Shown: in pieces, positions 11,110 to 20,794 of the stretch | How positions within the stretch are numbered: position 1 is the stretch's first letter | How the letters are laid out: every line of letters begins with the position of its first letter | DNA from: Labilithrix sp. | Lineage (GTDB): Bacteria; Myxococcota_A; Polyangia; Polyangiales; Polyangiaceae | Length of the DNA: 64,000 bases | Direction: 5' to 3' | Assembly (NCBI GenBank): GCA_046351255.1 | Contig: JAXLYU010000014.1 | Span: 187,730 to 251,729 of the forward strand | Position numbers and translations under genes: made by a program | The notes under the pieces: model-generated | What the model saw: the letters and a program-made list of their open reading frames with translations, nothing else | Told to the model about the DNA's origin: nothing | Databases searched by the model: none

Positions 11110-11688
11110 ATGCCGCTCCTCGACGACGCCGAGATGATCGCGAAGGTGCGTCGGGGCGATTCACGTGCCGCGACCGCTCTCTACGAGCGCGCGCGACCGA
11201 CGGTGCGGCGGATGGTGTGCCGGCTCCTGGGGCGATCGGATGCGGAGCATGACGATGTGGTCCAGACCGCGATGATTGCGATCGTCGATTCCATCCACCG
11301 CTTCCGCGGAGAGTCTTCGCTGGATACATGGTTTGCGCGGATCACCGCCAACACGGTGTGGCGGGTGTTCCGCCGCCGGACGAGCGAGCGTCGTCTGCTC
11401 GATACGAGAAGGGAGCCCAGCATGGTCGAGTCGGCGCAGGAGGGCTACGAAGCACGCGAGCTCCTCGCTCGCGTCCGCGACGTGCTGAACTCGATGGATC
11501 CGATCAAGGCGTATCCCGTCTTGCTCTTCGACGTGTGCGGCTACGATCTGAAGGAGGTCGCCGAGATCACACAGTCGAGCATCGCGGCGGCGCAGACACG
11601 CCTCGTACGCGGACGCGCCGAGCTTCACGAGCGCATCGAACGAGACCCGGAGCTGGCCGAGCTCCTCGCGCGGAGGGAACGACGTTGA
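11110..11688 (+). CDS. RNA polymerase sigma-70 factor, ECF subfamily
   Basis: Region 2 (DDVVQTAMIAIVDSIHRFRGESSLDTWFARITAN) and region 4 (DLKEVAEITQSSIAAAQTRLVRGRAEL) are present. ATG at 11110 (MPLLDDAEMIAKV) gives a canonical 192 aa. An in-frame ATG at 10996 would add a 38-aa low-complexity extension. Confidence 0.8.
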   Translation: MPLLDDAEMIAKVRRGDSRAATALYERARPTVRRMVCRLLGRSDAEHDDVVQTAMIAIVDSIHRFRGESSLDTWFARITANTVWRVFRRRTSERRLLDTRREPSMVESAQEGYEARELLARVRDVLNSMDPIKAYPVLLFDVCGYDLKEVAEITQSSIAAAQTRLVRGRAELHERIERDPELAELLARRERR

Positions 11689-12989
11689 GCACACCTCGCT
11701 TCGCGAAGCTCGCAACCGATCTCATCGCCGAGGAGGGGGAGCCCCGCGCCCCGTCGAGCGAGGCCGAGATCAAGGCCGTCGCCGCGATCGAGGACGCGCT
11801 CGCGCGCCGTCGTCGTGCGCGTCGCACATCGCAGATCGTCGGTGTGATGGCGGCCGCGGCCATGATCGCGGCCGTGTTCGGCGGGTGGCTGTCGCGACGT
11901 GAGCCGCACGCGCATGTCGCGCCGGGCCCCTCGTCCGCGCCTGCCCCCACGCCCTCGCCCTCCTCCTCGCCCACGCCCGCGTCGACACCGGAGACCGTGA
12001 TCGCGGCCCAGGCGATCGAGCCCGCGGAGGGCGCCGTCGTGGCGCGCGATGGTCGCACCGCGAGCCTCGCACCGTCGATGAGCCTCGCGAGCGGTGACCG
12101 CATCGAGTCCTCGCCGAAGGGGGGCACGGGCATCGCGCTCGCCGACGGGTCGCTCGTCCGGATCGATCCGGGCTCCGAGATCTCGGTGAAGGCGCTCTCG
12201 GACACGCGTCGCTTCCTCTTGAGCCGGGGCTCGCTCCGCGCCGACGTGGCGAAGCTCGGGCCCGCGCAGCGCTTCATCGTCGAGACGGAGGACGCGGAGG
12301 TCGAGGTGCACGGCACGTCCTTCCGCGTCGCGATCCGCGAGGGCTCGAGCGCGTGCCCGGCGCGAACGCAGGTCGAGGTGACCGAGGGTGTCGTGAGCGT
12401 GCGCTCGGCCGGCGTCGACGTGCGGCTCGGCCCGGGCTCGAGCTGGCCGGCGTGCGCGGCCCCCGCACCCCGACCGGACCTCACCACGATGCGCGCCTCG
12501 GAGCGCGCTCCGGACTCGTCGCCCCGCGTCTCCGACACGGGCGCCCGCCGGGGATCGTTGCCCCCGTCGTCGCCGCTCCCGGCGGCCGGTCCGGTTGCCG
12601 GCCCGGCAAGCGGGAGTGCCACCGGCTCGCACGCTCTCGCCGAACAGAACGAGCTCTTTGCGAAGGCGTCCGCCGCGCGTCGCGCCGGGGATGGCCCGGC
12701 CGCCGTCGCGGCCTACGATCGACTCATCGCGACCCACCCGGACGGCTTCCTCGCGGAGAGCGCCGCGGTCGAGCGGATGCGCGTGCTCGAAGGGATGAGC
12801 CACGCGCGCGGGCGCGAGGCGGCCGCGGCGTATCTCGCGCGCTATCGAACGGATTCGCGCGCGTCGAGGCCCAGCGCCTGGCCCAGTGACGCCACGCCCT
12901 CATGGGCTCCGACCAAATCGACCTTCGGTCTGCCTGATCTCCGCGGCGAGAGGGCACAGCGGACGAGAACTTCCGCGAGGTGCTCATGA
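11685..12989 (+). CDS. FecR-family anti-sigma factor (single transmembrane segment)
   Basis: TTG at 11685 overlaps the sigma stop (TTGA). A transmembrane helix IVGVMAAAAMIAAVFGGWL is present. The FecR domain reads GSEISVKALSDTRRFLLSRGSLRADV...VEVHGTSFRVAI. Confidence 0.7.
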   Translation: MSTPRFAKLATDLIAEEGEPRAPSSEAEIKAVAAIEDALARRRRARRTSQIVGVMAAAAMIAAVFGGWLSRREPHAHVAPGPSSAPAPTPSPSSSPTPASTPETVIAAQAIEPAEGAVVARDGRTASLAPSMSLASGDRIESSPKGGTGIALADGSLVRIDPGSEISVKALSDTRRFLLSRGSLRADVAKLGPAQRFIVETEDAEVEVHGTSFRVAIREGSSACPARTQVEVTEGVVSVRSAGVDVRLGPGSSWPACAAPAPRPDLTTMRASERAPDSSPRVSDTGARRGSLPPSSPLPAAGPVAGPASGSATGSHALAEQNELFAKASAARRAGDGPAAVAAYDRLIATHPDGFLAESAAVERMRVLEGMSHARGREAAAAYLARYRTDSRASRPSAWPSDATPSWAPTKSTFGLPDLRGERAQRTRTSARCS

Positions 12990-14827
12990 GCCGCTTCCGT
13001 CTGTCTGCATGGATCTCGATCTCGGCTTCGATGGCCCTCGTGGCCCTCGCGGCCATCGGCGCCCCCGCCTGCGGTAGCTCCGATGCTGGCGACATACCGC
13101 CCGTGACTACGGCGGACGGAGGCGGCGGGACGTCGACCTCGTCCGGCGCGGCCTCGAGCTCGGGAGCCTCGAGCTCGGGAGCCTCGAGCTCGGGAGCCTC
13201 GAGCTCTGGTGCCTCGAGCTCCTCCTCCTCGAGCTCCGGCTCGCTCGACGCGTCGTCTGACGCGCCGAACGACGCAGCGCTGGCCTGCGGTGACCTCGGC
13301 CAGACGTGCTGCGCGACGGGTACGGCGTGTACCAACGGCGCGTGCGTCGGCGGTCTCTGCCAGCCATGCGGCGGACCGGGTCAGACGTGCTGCGCCGGTC
13401 GCTCGTGCGTCGACGGACAGGCGTGCACCGGAAACGGACGAGGCCTCTGCACCGCCTGTGGTGGCAACGCGCAGACGTGCTGCGCTGGGAACTCGTGCGG
13501 CGCCGGCGGCTGTTGCGTCGGCAACTTCTGCACGTCCTCGGGCAACACCTGTCCGACGGTGGGCGGCACGTGCGGCGCGGGCAGCTGCGGGACCTGCGGC
13601 GCTCTCACGCAACCGTGCTGCGCTGGAAACACGTGCACCGCGGCCGGCGCGACGTGCAACCCAGGCACGAATACCTGCGTCGCTTGTGGTGGCGCCGGGC
13701 AGGCCTGCTGCGGTGGAAATACGTGTACCGCGGCCGGCACGACGTGCGCGGGCAACCAGTGCGTCGCGTGCGGCGGCCCTGGTCAGCCTTGCTGCGCGGG
13801 CAACGCCTGCGGCGCGGGCAACGCCTGCAACGCGGCTCGTCTCTGCGAGGCTTGCGGCGGCAGCGGCGAGATCTGCTGCGCCGGCGCGACGTGCGGCGGG
13901 GGCGGCTGCTGCGACCCGGCCAACGATCACTGCGTGACCGCTGCCTCCACGTGCTCCTTCGGCGGCGCGTGCACGGGCGGCAAGTGCTCCGTCTGCGGCG
14001 CGGCCCACGAGGCGTGCTGTCCGGGCGACACGTGCGGCGGCGGCGGCTGCTGCAGCGGCGGTGTCTGCTACGCGTCGGGCGAATCGATCCCCGGCACGGC
14101 GAACGTCTGCAATGCGGGCACGGCCACCGCGTGTGGTGTCGATGGTCAGGCGTGCTGTGGAGGCGGCGCGTGTACGACGGCCACGTCCTGTTGCGTGGCG
14201 GGCAAGTGCGTGGGCACCGGCACGACCTGCGGCGGTGCGCTCGGCACCTGCTCGAGCGGCAGCTGCTCCACGGGCGGCGGCGCGGGCAACCAGTGTGGCG
14301 CGGCAGGTCAGAACTGCTGCCCCGGCGGCGCGAACAACGCGGCCGACTTCTGCACGGGTCCGGGCCTGACCTGCGGCGACAACGGAAAGTGCGCGTCCTG
14401 CGGCGCTCCGGGCGAACCGTGCTGCGGCGGGTCCGCCTGCAACGGCGGCGGCTGCTGCAACCAGGACACGAACCGCTGCATCGCCTCGGGCGCCGCGTGC
14501 CCCGGCGCCCTCGGCACCTGCTCGAACGGCGGCTGCGGCGCGTGCGGCGGCTTCGGCGAGCCGTGCTGCGGGGGCGACGTCGAGTGCACGGCGCCGTTCA
14601 CGCGCTGCGGTAACAACAACGTCTGCCTCGCGTGTGGCGGCAGCGGCCAGCGCTGCTGCCCGTCGCAAGGCGATGGTGACTTCTGCGGCGCAGGCTTCGT
14701 CTGCCGCGGCGGCGGAGGCAATCCCTCCTCGTGCGTCGCGTGCGGAGGCCCGGGCCAGGCGTGCTGCGCGGGCAACCTCTGCAAGACTGGTAGCTGCACT
14801 GGGGGCACCGGCCTCTGCCCGCCGTGA
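12986..14827 (+). CDS. Secreted cysteine-rich tandem-repeat protein, family A (~20 repeats)
   Basis: ATG at 12986 (GTG at 12980) overlaps the FecR gene end. Signal peptide MSRFRLSAWISISASMALVALAAIGAPAC, then a Ser-rich linker and about 20 copies of CGGxGQxCCxGNxCxxxGxxC. It is a paralogue of 3937..4998. Confidence 0.75.
   Translation: MSRFRLSAWISISASMALVALAAIGAPACGSSDAGDIPPVTTADGGGGTSTSSGAASSSGASSSGASSSGASSSGASSSSSSSSGSLDASSDAPNDAALACGDLGQTCCATGTACTNGACVGGLCQPCGGPGQTCCAGRSCVDGQACTGNGRGLCTACGGNAQTCCAGNSCGAGGCCVGNFCTSSGNTCPTVGGTCGAGSCGTCGALTQPCCAGNTCTAAGATCNPGTNTCVACGGAGQACCGGNTCTAAGTTCAGNQCVACGGPGQPCCAGNACGAGNACNAARLCEACGGSGEICCAGATCGGGGCCDPANDHCVTAASTCSFGGACTGGKCSVCGAAHEACCPGDTCGGGGCCSGGVCYASGESIPGTANVCNAGTATACGVDGQACCGGGACTTATSCCVAGKCVGTGTTCGGALGTCSSGSCSTGGGAGNQCGAAGQNCCPGGANNAADFCTGPGLTCGDNGKCASCGAPGEPCCGGSACNGGGCCNQDTNRCIASGAACPGALGTCSNGGCGACGGFGEPCCGGDVECTAPFTRCGNNNVCLACGGSGQRCCPSQGDGDFCGAGFVCRGGGGNPSSCVACGGPGQACCAGNLCKTGSCTGGTGLCPP
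13151..13225. repeat. 15-bp tandem repeat (gcctcgagctcggga) x3 perfect plus 2 variants, encoding (ASSSG)n linker
   Basis: Read directly from the sequence. Lies inside the Cys-rich gene 12986..14827. Confidence 0.8.
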
Positions 14828-14878
14828 TGTGACGACCGCGCCCCGACCACGAGCCGCCGAGCCCGGGGCGCGGCTGGG

Positions 14879-15622
14879 TCAGTCACACCCTGACATGACG
14901 GACGTGCTGGTGCCCGTGGTCGAGTTGGGGATGGACACCCAGCTGCAGCCCGGGCCGCTCCCCCCGCTCGCGCCGCTCTTCGTCTGCCACGTGTTCACGG
15001 ACTGCGATTGCGCGGCCTTTGCGCGCTGCACGACGTTTCCGAGCGGAGCGCCGTTCTTGCTCAGGTTCCCCTTCGCGTCGAGGTCGTAGGCGCCGACGTA
15101 CTGATAGACGTTGCCCGGATCGCCGCCGAAGATGCGGATCAGGTAGTCACGCTCCACGCGCGTGATCTCGCGCCCGTTGACGAGGATCGACGTGTCACCG
15201 TTCGAGGCATCGCGCGCGAGCGGCGCGGCGTTGAGGCCGGCCTTGGCCACGCCACCGGCGCCATGGCCGACGAGGCCGTAGAGGCCGGAGCGCGCGTCGT
15301 ACCAGTAATTCCCGGGCACCGGACGTGTGCCGAGCATCGCGGCGAGCTCCTTCATCTCCGCGTCGTCGAGCGTCTTGCCGTTGATGACGACGGCGGTCGG
15401 CGCAGGCGCGGGGGCCGGCGCAGGCGCGGACGCGGACGTCGACACGGACGCGCTCGCCGGCGCGGCCGACCCGGACGCGCTCTCCGCCGGCGCGCTGGAC
15501 GTCGGATTCGAGCTGTTCGGCGGAGAGCCGGGCGTTTGCATTGGCTTGTTCAGGCTCTGCGCCGCCTCGTTCATCGCCGCGCAACCCGTCATGACCAGGA
15601 CGATCGCTATTCGACCTCTCAT
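14879..15622 (-). CDS. Lipoprotein, hypothetical
   Basis: ATG at 15622 (MRGRIAIVLVMTGCAAM) has a lipobox, then a Pro/Ser/Ala-rich linker and a C-terminal globular domain. It lies downstream of the SMI1/KNR4-like gene. The first 55 aa of the track ORF are extension. Confidence 0.55.
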   Translation of the reverse strand: MRGRIAIVLVMTGCAAMNEAAQSLNKPMQTPGSPPNSSNPTSSAPAESASGSAAPASASVSTSASAPAPAPAPAPTAVVINGKTLDDAEMKELAAMLGTRPVPGNYWYDARSGLYGLVGHGAGGVAKAGLNAAPLARDASNGDTSILVNGREITRVERDYLIRIFGGDPGNVYQYVGAYDLDAKGNLSKNGAPLGNVVQRAKAAQSQSVNTWQTKSGASGGSGPGCSWVSIPNSTTGTSTSVMSGCD

Positions 15623-15806
15623 CGTTACCCCGCGCGCCGAGCATACGCCCATTCGTGGCCCCACGGACCAGCTCGACCGCCTTGGTTGGTGCCCTCCTTG
15701 GCGGAACGTGCTCGCGCTGCAGCGCATCGACGAGCCTCTCGACCCACGCCGAGAAGCACGGGGCTTCCACCGCGCGGCGGTTGTCATCGTGAGGCCAGTC
15801 GATCAC

Positions 15807-16283
15807 CTAACCCTTCACGCCCGCCTTCGTCGGCGCGAGATCGAGGCACTTGTAGTCACCGCCGCCGCTGTCCGAGGAGGGGAACCAGCCCTTGTCCCAG
15901 AAGACCGGACGCACGCGCTCGTCGTCGTCCTCGACGCGGTAGCCCTTCATCATCTTCGCGAGGTCCTTCTGACGATGCATCGCCTGCGCCGACCTTGCGA
16001 GTGAGAGCACACCCCACGGAAACGGCCCGCCGCCGAGATCGCCTTCGCCCCCGTCATGCAGCGCGCGCCAGGCCAGGTAGTCGTCCGGCAGCTTCCGCTC
16101 CAAGGCCGCCTTCAGGTCGTCCTTCGACGCGATCGTGTCGACGTAAGCGGCCCAGCCAAGACGAAGCCTCTCCACGGGCTCGGCGCTCGGCTTCACGCCG
16201 AGCGCTCGGCCGATCGCAGCCAGGCGTGCTTCATCCAGCTTCGAACCGGTGCTCCGCGTGACGCGATAGATCTTCGTCGCCAT
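15807..16283 (-). CDS. SMI1/KNR4 (SUKH-1) family protein
   Basis: LPDDYLAWRALHDGGEGDLGGGPFPWGV and FPSSDSGGGDYKCLDLAP match the conserved SMI1/KNR4 blocks (...GGG.Y.CLD). Confidence 0.55.
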   Translation of the reverse strand: MATKIYRVTRSTGSKLDEARLAAIGRALGVKPSAEPVERLRLGWAAYVDTIASKDDLKAALERKLPDDYLAWRALHDGGEGDLGGGPFPWGVLSLARSAQAMHRQKDLAKMMKGYRVEDDDERVRPVFWDKGWFPSSDSGGGDYKCLDLAPTKAGVKG

Positions 16284-16303
16284 GAGCCGGGTGTATCACG
16301 AGG

Positions 16304-17839
16304 CTAAGACGCGATGTAGGCCGCCACCGCGTCGTGATCGAGGTGAACGAGCAGGATCACGAAGTCGCCCGGCTCCGCCTCGGACAGCGCGACGCGTAGA
16401 GAGTCGACCTCGGAGTCGGCCGCGCGTAGCTCCGTGAAGCCTCGGCGGGCGAACGCGCCGCGAAAGAACGCGGTGACGTCGCCGAGGGCGCGGCCGCGGA
16501 GATAGTCCGGCATCTCGCGCAGGATCACGCTCCTGGGCTGCGCCTCGACGACATGGCGCGCCATCTCGTCGAGCTCGTGGTCCGTGCGATCTCCCGCGCT
16601 GCCGAGGCAGACGAAGAGGCGTCCTGCGCCGCGGAGCTGGCGTACGAGCCCCATCACGGCGCGAATGCCGTCGGGGTTGTGCCCGAAATCGAGGAGCACG
16701 CGGACGCCGTTCTTCTCCGCGAGCGCGGTGCGGCGCGGGTTCTCCGCCGTCGTGAAGCCGGTGAGCGCGCGACGGATGGCGTCGTCCGGTAGGCCGAGCG
16801 CGGTCGCCGCCGCCGCGACGCCGAGCGCGTTCGCGACGTTGAAGCGCGCCGCGCCGCGAAAGGTGAGGGGGATCTCGTCGACCTGACCGAGCTCGATCTC
16901 ACCGCGCCGGATGCGGCCGTTCTCGGCCACCACGGACTCGCCGCGGTGTCCGCGGTGGCCCTCGACGACGGCGCGCGCCTCGGGGGCGGTGTCGAGATCG
17001 GCATAGAGGAGCACGCGTCGATCCGCGAAGCGCTTCGCGAGCGCGGCGAGGCGCGGATCCGCCGCGTTCAGCACGACCGCCTTCGCCGCCTCCGCGATCA
17101 CGGCCTTCACGTTCGTCATCGCGTCGAGATCGTCGATGCCGTAGGAGCCGAGGTGGTCGTCGCTGATGTTCGTCATGAGCGCGACGTCGCAGCGATCGAT
17201 CGCGAGCCCGCGCCGGAGGATCCCGCCACGCGCCGTCTCGAGCACGGCGAGGTCCACGTCGGTCCGGCGCAGGACGACGCGCGCCGCCTGCGGTCCCGTC
17301 CAGTCGCCGGCGGAGATGACCTGGCCGCCGATCGCGATCGCGTCGCTCGACGTCACGCCGACGGTCCGGCCGGCCTCCATCGCCACGCGCGCGAGCCAGC
17401 GCGTCGAGGTCGTCTTCCCGTTCGTGCCCGTGACGAGGGCGATCGGGACGCGACCGAGTCGATCCCACGGCACCTCGGCGACGTCCGGCACGGCGTGGCG
17501 CGGCCACGTCGCGGAGGAGCCGGTCCCATAGCCGACGCTGACCTCCTCGTCGTCCCACAAGAAGGGCAGATCGCGCGCGCGCGCCTCCGCCTCGAGGCGC
17601 CGCAGGCCTGGGCTGCGATCGCGCGCGAGGATCGCGTCGATCTCGGTCCGCTTCGGCTCGAGCTCGAGCGGCGCCGCGCCGGACATGCGCGCGCAGGCGC
17701 TCATCGCCGCCCACTCCGTCATCTCCGTGCACGCGAGCATCACGTCGATCGGCTCGACGTACGCGATCACGATCCCGCCGTGATGCGGGCGCTGGAGGAG
17801 GCCGGAGACGGCGGGCGGAAACCCGAAGGCCTCCCGCAT
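16304..17839 (-). CDS. Stand-alone Mur-ligase-type protein, paralogue of the cyanophycin synthetase M domain
   Basis: IPIALVTGTNGKTTSTRWLA (P-loop), AVLETARGG and DHLG align residue-by-residue with the M-domain of the adjacent CphA (IPIAAITGTNGKTTTARMLA...AVLETARGG...ADHLG). No ATP-grasp domain is present. Confidence 0.8.
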   Translation of the reverse strand: MREAFGFPPAVSGLLQRPHHGGIVIAYVEPIDVMLACTEMTEWAAMSACARMSGAAPLELEPKRTEIDAILARDRSPGLRRLEAEARARDLPFLWDDEEVSVGYGTGSSATWPRHAVPDVAEVPWDRLGRVPIALVTGTNGKTTSTRWLARVAMEAGRTVGVTSSDAIAIGGQVISAGDWTGPQAARVVLRRTDVDLAVLETARGGILRRGLAIDRCDVALMTNISDDHLGSYGIDDLDAMTNVKAVIAEAAKAVVLNAADPRLAALAKRFADRRVLLYADLDTAPEARAVVEGHRGHRGESVVAENGRIRRGEIELGQVDEIPLTFRGAARFNVANALGVAAAATALGLPDDAIRRALTGFTTAENPRRTALAEKNGVRVLLDFGHNPDGIRAVMGLVRQLRGAGRLFVCLGSAGDRTDHELDEMARHVVEAQPRSVILREMPDYLRGRALGDVTAFFRGAFARRGFTELRAADSEVDSLRVALSEAEPGDFVILLVHLDHDAVAAYIAS

Positions 17840-17976
17840 CCGTGCCAGCTCGGCGAGGTACAGCTCGCGCGCGCGCGCGGGCTCTTCTCCCGGATCGAGC
17901 TCGAGCTCGACTTGAACGAGCGGATGCCCCGCGAGGAAGTTCGGCCCCGTGAGCCGGCGCGCGGTCTCCAGATACC

Positions 17977-20787
17977 TCAGTCGTCGCTCTCCCTCGCGAT
18001 GCGCACGCCGCGCTCGTCCTGGATGACGGTGGCGCCGTCGAGCATGACCTCACCGACCGCGACCGAGGAGCCGCGCGCCGCCGGCACCGCCGCGTGTGAG
18101 GGCGCGGGCGGAGGCGTGGAGCCCTCGTGACTGTCGGGCTTGAAGTAGATGACCTGCTTCCAGGAGCGAGAGACCTTGTCCGCGAAGAGGAGGAGGAGGT
18201 CGCCGCGGCGGGCCATGCGGAGCGCGGCGTCGATCGCGGCCGGCTCCTCCACCACCATCTGGATCTTCTCCTTCGGGAAGCCGCTCGCGACGAGCTCGTC
18301 GTGGAGCATCTTCGGCACCTCGTCGGGCTGGCGCCCGCGCGGATCGTCGTCGCGGCGCACGATGACGTGATCGAAGGGACCACGAGCCACCGCGCGCGCG
18401 ATGTTGCGGATGTCCTCGTCGCGGCGATCGCCAGGGCCGGCGACGACGCAGATGCGCCGGCCGCTGCACTCGAGGCGCTGCACGAGGTCGACCATGGCCT
18501 GCACCGCGGGCGCGTTGTGTCCGTAATCGAGGACCACCTTGAACGGGTGATCGTTGAACACGTTCGTGCGCCCCGGCACCTGGAAATACGAGTTGTCGAA
18601 GGTGCGGAGGCCCTGGCGGATGTTCTCGATGCGAACGCCCATCGCGTAGGCCATGGCCGCCGCGAAGAGTGCATTCTGCACGTTGTGCATCGCCTTGCCC
18701 TCGATGGTGGCCGGGATGAGGTGCGTCCAGAGCAGGGGCGTGAGCGCGCCCTTGTCGTAGAGCGTGATCATGTGCCCGTTGATGCCCTCCTCGAGGACGA
18801 CGGCGAGGCCGCCCGCGCGGATGTGCTTGCGCACGAGGTCGTGCCGCGGGTTCATGGTGACGTACGCGATGCGCTCCGCCTCCGTGTGGTCTGCCATGCG
18901 GAGGCACTGGATGTCGTCCGCGTTGAGCACGGCGCAGTCGGTGGCGACCTCCACCACGATGCGCTTCACCTCCGCGAGCTGCTCGATCGTCTCGACGCCG
19001 CGATCGCCGAGGTGATCGGCCTGGACGTTGAGGACCGCGCCGACATCGCACTTGCGATAGCCCATGCCCGCGCGGAGCAGGCCGCCGCGCGCGGTCTCGA
19101 GGACGGCGAGGCTGACGGACGGATCGCGAAGGACGATCTGTGCGGACGCGGGGCCGGTCATGTCACCGGTCACGGTGCGCTCGCCGTCGATGTAGACGCC
19201 GTCGGTCGTGGTGAGGCCGACGGTGTGGCCGTTCATCTTCTGGATGTGCGCGAGCATGCGCGCGGTCGTCGTCTTGCCGTTCGTGCCCGTGATGGCGGCG
19301 ATCGGGATGCGTGACGGCGTCCCTGGCGGGAACAGCATGTCCATGACGGGCGCGGCCACGTCACGCGGCTTTCCTTCGGTGGGCGCCACGTGCATGCGGA
19401 AGCCGGGGGCCGCGTTCACCTCGCAGATGCCACCGCCGACCTCGCGATAGCTCTGCGTGATGTCGGAGGTGATGAAGTCGACGCCGCACACGTCGAGGCC
19501 AATCGCCTTCGCGGCGCGGATCGCCATCTCGCGGTTGTCGGGGTGGACGGAGTCGGTGAGGTCGATCGCGGTGCCGCCCGTCGAGAGGTTACCGGTGCCG
19601 CGCAGGAAGAGGCGCTCGCCGTCGGGGAGCACGGTCTCCTTCGTGACGCCCGCCTTCGCCATGAGGCGCGCCGCCTGCTCGTCGAGCTCGAGGCGCGTGA
19701 GGACCTTCTCGTGCCCGATGCCGCGACGCGGATCCTGGTTCACGATGTCGACCAGCTCCGCGATCGTGTGCTTGCCGTCGCCGACGACGTGGCCCGGCAC
19801 GCGCTTCGCGACCGCGACGAGATCGCCGCCGATGACGAGCATGCGGTGATCGAAGCCGGCGAGGAAGTTCTCCACGACCACGCTGCGCGCGTGCTCTCGG
19901 GCCTTCTCGAACGCGACCTTCACCTCGTCCTCGGTCTTCAGATCGAGCGAGACGCCCCGGCCGTGGTTCGCGTCGAGCGGCTTCACCACGACGGGGAAGC
20001 CGAGGCGCTTCGCGGCGGCGACCGCGCCCTCGGGCGAGCGCACGAGGCGCTGGCGCGGCACGGGCAGGCCGAGGTCGCCGAGGATGTGGTTCGTCTCTTC
20101 CTTGTCGGAGGCGATCGACACTGCGATGTGGCGCGTCTCGGACGTGACCGTGGCCTGGATGCGCTTCTGGTACTTGCCGTGTCCGAACTGGACGAGGCTG
20201 TAGTCGTTGAGGCGGAGCCACGGGATGCCGCGGGCCTCTGCGGCGCGGACGAGCGAGCCCGTGGACGGGCCGAGCTGACGCCGCTGCGCGTAGTCGATGA
20301 GCTCGACGAGCTCGGTCTTGAAATCGAAGGGCTCTTCCTTCTCCGTCGCCTCCGCGTTCACGGCGGGCCGGAGATCGGCGGGGAGCAGGTGGTGCAGCAG
20401 CTTCAGCGCGAGATCGGCCGCCGCCTCTCCGACGCGCTCTTCCTCGTACTCGTAGACCACGTGGTAGCGGCCCTTGGTGCCCTCGCTCCGCGTCTTGCCG
20501 AAGGTGACCTGCGCGCCCGTGAGCTGCTGGAGCTCGATCGCGACGTGCTCGAGGACGTGCCCGAGCCAGGTGCCTTCCTCGAGGCGCTGGAGGAAGCCGC
20601 CCTCGACGCCGACGCTGCACGTGTGCGACTTCAGGCTCGGAAGCGCGGTGGTGAGCGCGGCGTTGAAGCCGGGGATCTTCGCGCTCGGCCAGTCCTCGAG
20701 CTTTCCAAGGTCGACCGTGAGGCGCATGACGGGGAAGTGCGCGTAGAGGCTGGGACCTCGGTAGACGCGGCGTTCGAGCAGCTCCAT
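17977..20787 (-). CDS. cphA: Cyanophycin synthetase CphA
   Basis: 936 aa with an N-domain (MELLERRVYRGPSLYAHFPV), an ATP-grasp G-domain and a Mur-ligase M-domain (ITGTNGKTTT, VLETARGG). An AGGAGA-like RBS lies upstream. Confidence 0.9.
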   Translation of the reverse strand: MELLERRVYRGPSLYAHFPVMRLTVDLGKLEDWPSAKIPGFNAALTTALPSLKSHTCSVGVEGGFLQRLEEGTWLGHVLEHVAIELQQLTGAQVTFGKTRSEGTKGRYHVVYEYEEERVGEAAADLALKLLHHLLPADLRPAVNAEATEKEEPFDFKTELVELIDYAQRRQLGPSTGSLVRAAEARGIPWLRLNDYSLVQFGHGKYQKRIQATVTSETRHIAVSIASDKEETNHILGDLGLPVPRQRLVRSPEGAVAAAKRLGFPVVVKPLDANHGRGVSLDLKTEDEVKVAFEKAREHARSVVVENFLAGFDHRMLVIGGDLVAVAKRVPGHVVGDGKHTIAELVDIVNQDPRRGIGHEKVLTRLELDEQAARLMAKAGVTKETVLPDGERLFLRGTGNLSTGGTAIDLTDSVHPDNREMAIRAAKAIGLDVCGVDFITSDITQSYREVGGGICEVNAAPGFRMHVAPTEGKPRDVAAPVMDMLFPPGTPSRIPIAAITGTNGKTTTARMLAHIQKMNGHTVGLTTTDGVYIDGERTVTGDMTGPASAQIVLRDPSVSLAVLETARGGLLRAGMGYRKCDVGAVLNVQADHLGDRGVETIEQLAEVKRIVVEVATDCAVLNADDIQCLRMADHTEAERIAYVTMNPRHDLVRKHIRAGGLAVVLEEGINGHMITLYDKGALTPLLWTHLIPATIEGKAMHNVQNALFAAAMAYAMGVRIENIRQGLRTFDNSYFQVPGRTNVFNDHPFKVVLDYGHNAPAVQAMVDLVQRLECSGRRICVVAGPGDRRDEDIRNIARAVARGPFDHVIVRRDDDPRGRQPDEVPKMLHDELVASGFPKEKIQMVVEEPAAIDAALRMARRGDLLLLFADKVSRSWKQVIYFKPDSHEGSTPPPAPSHAAVPAARGSSVAVGEVMLDGATVIQDERGVRIARESDD

Positions 20788-20794
20788 CTCTCTC

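Noticed and set aside
12842-14668. 608-aa minus-strand ORF
   Set aside because: Poly-Ala/Arg translation, antisense to the Cys-rich repeat gene. This is a typical high-GC mirror-frame artefact.
16899-18674. 591-aa minus-strand ORF
   Set aside because: Alternative frame of the Mur-ligase-like and cphA genes. Arg/Ser/Ala-rich.
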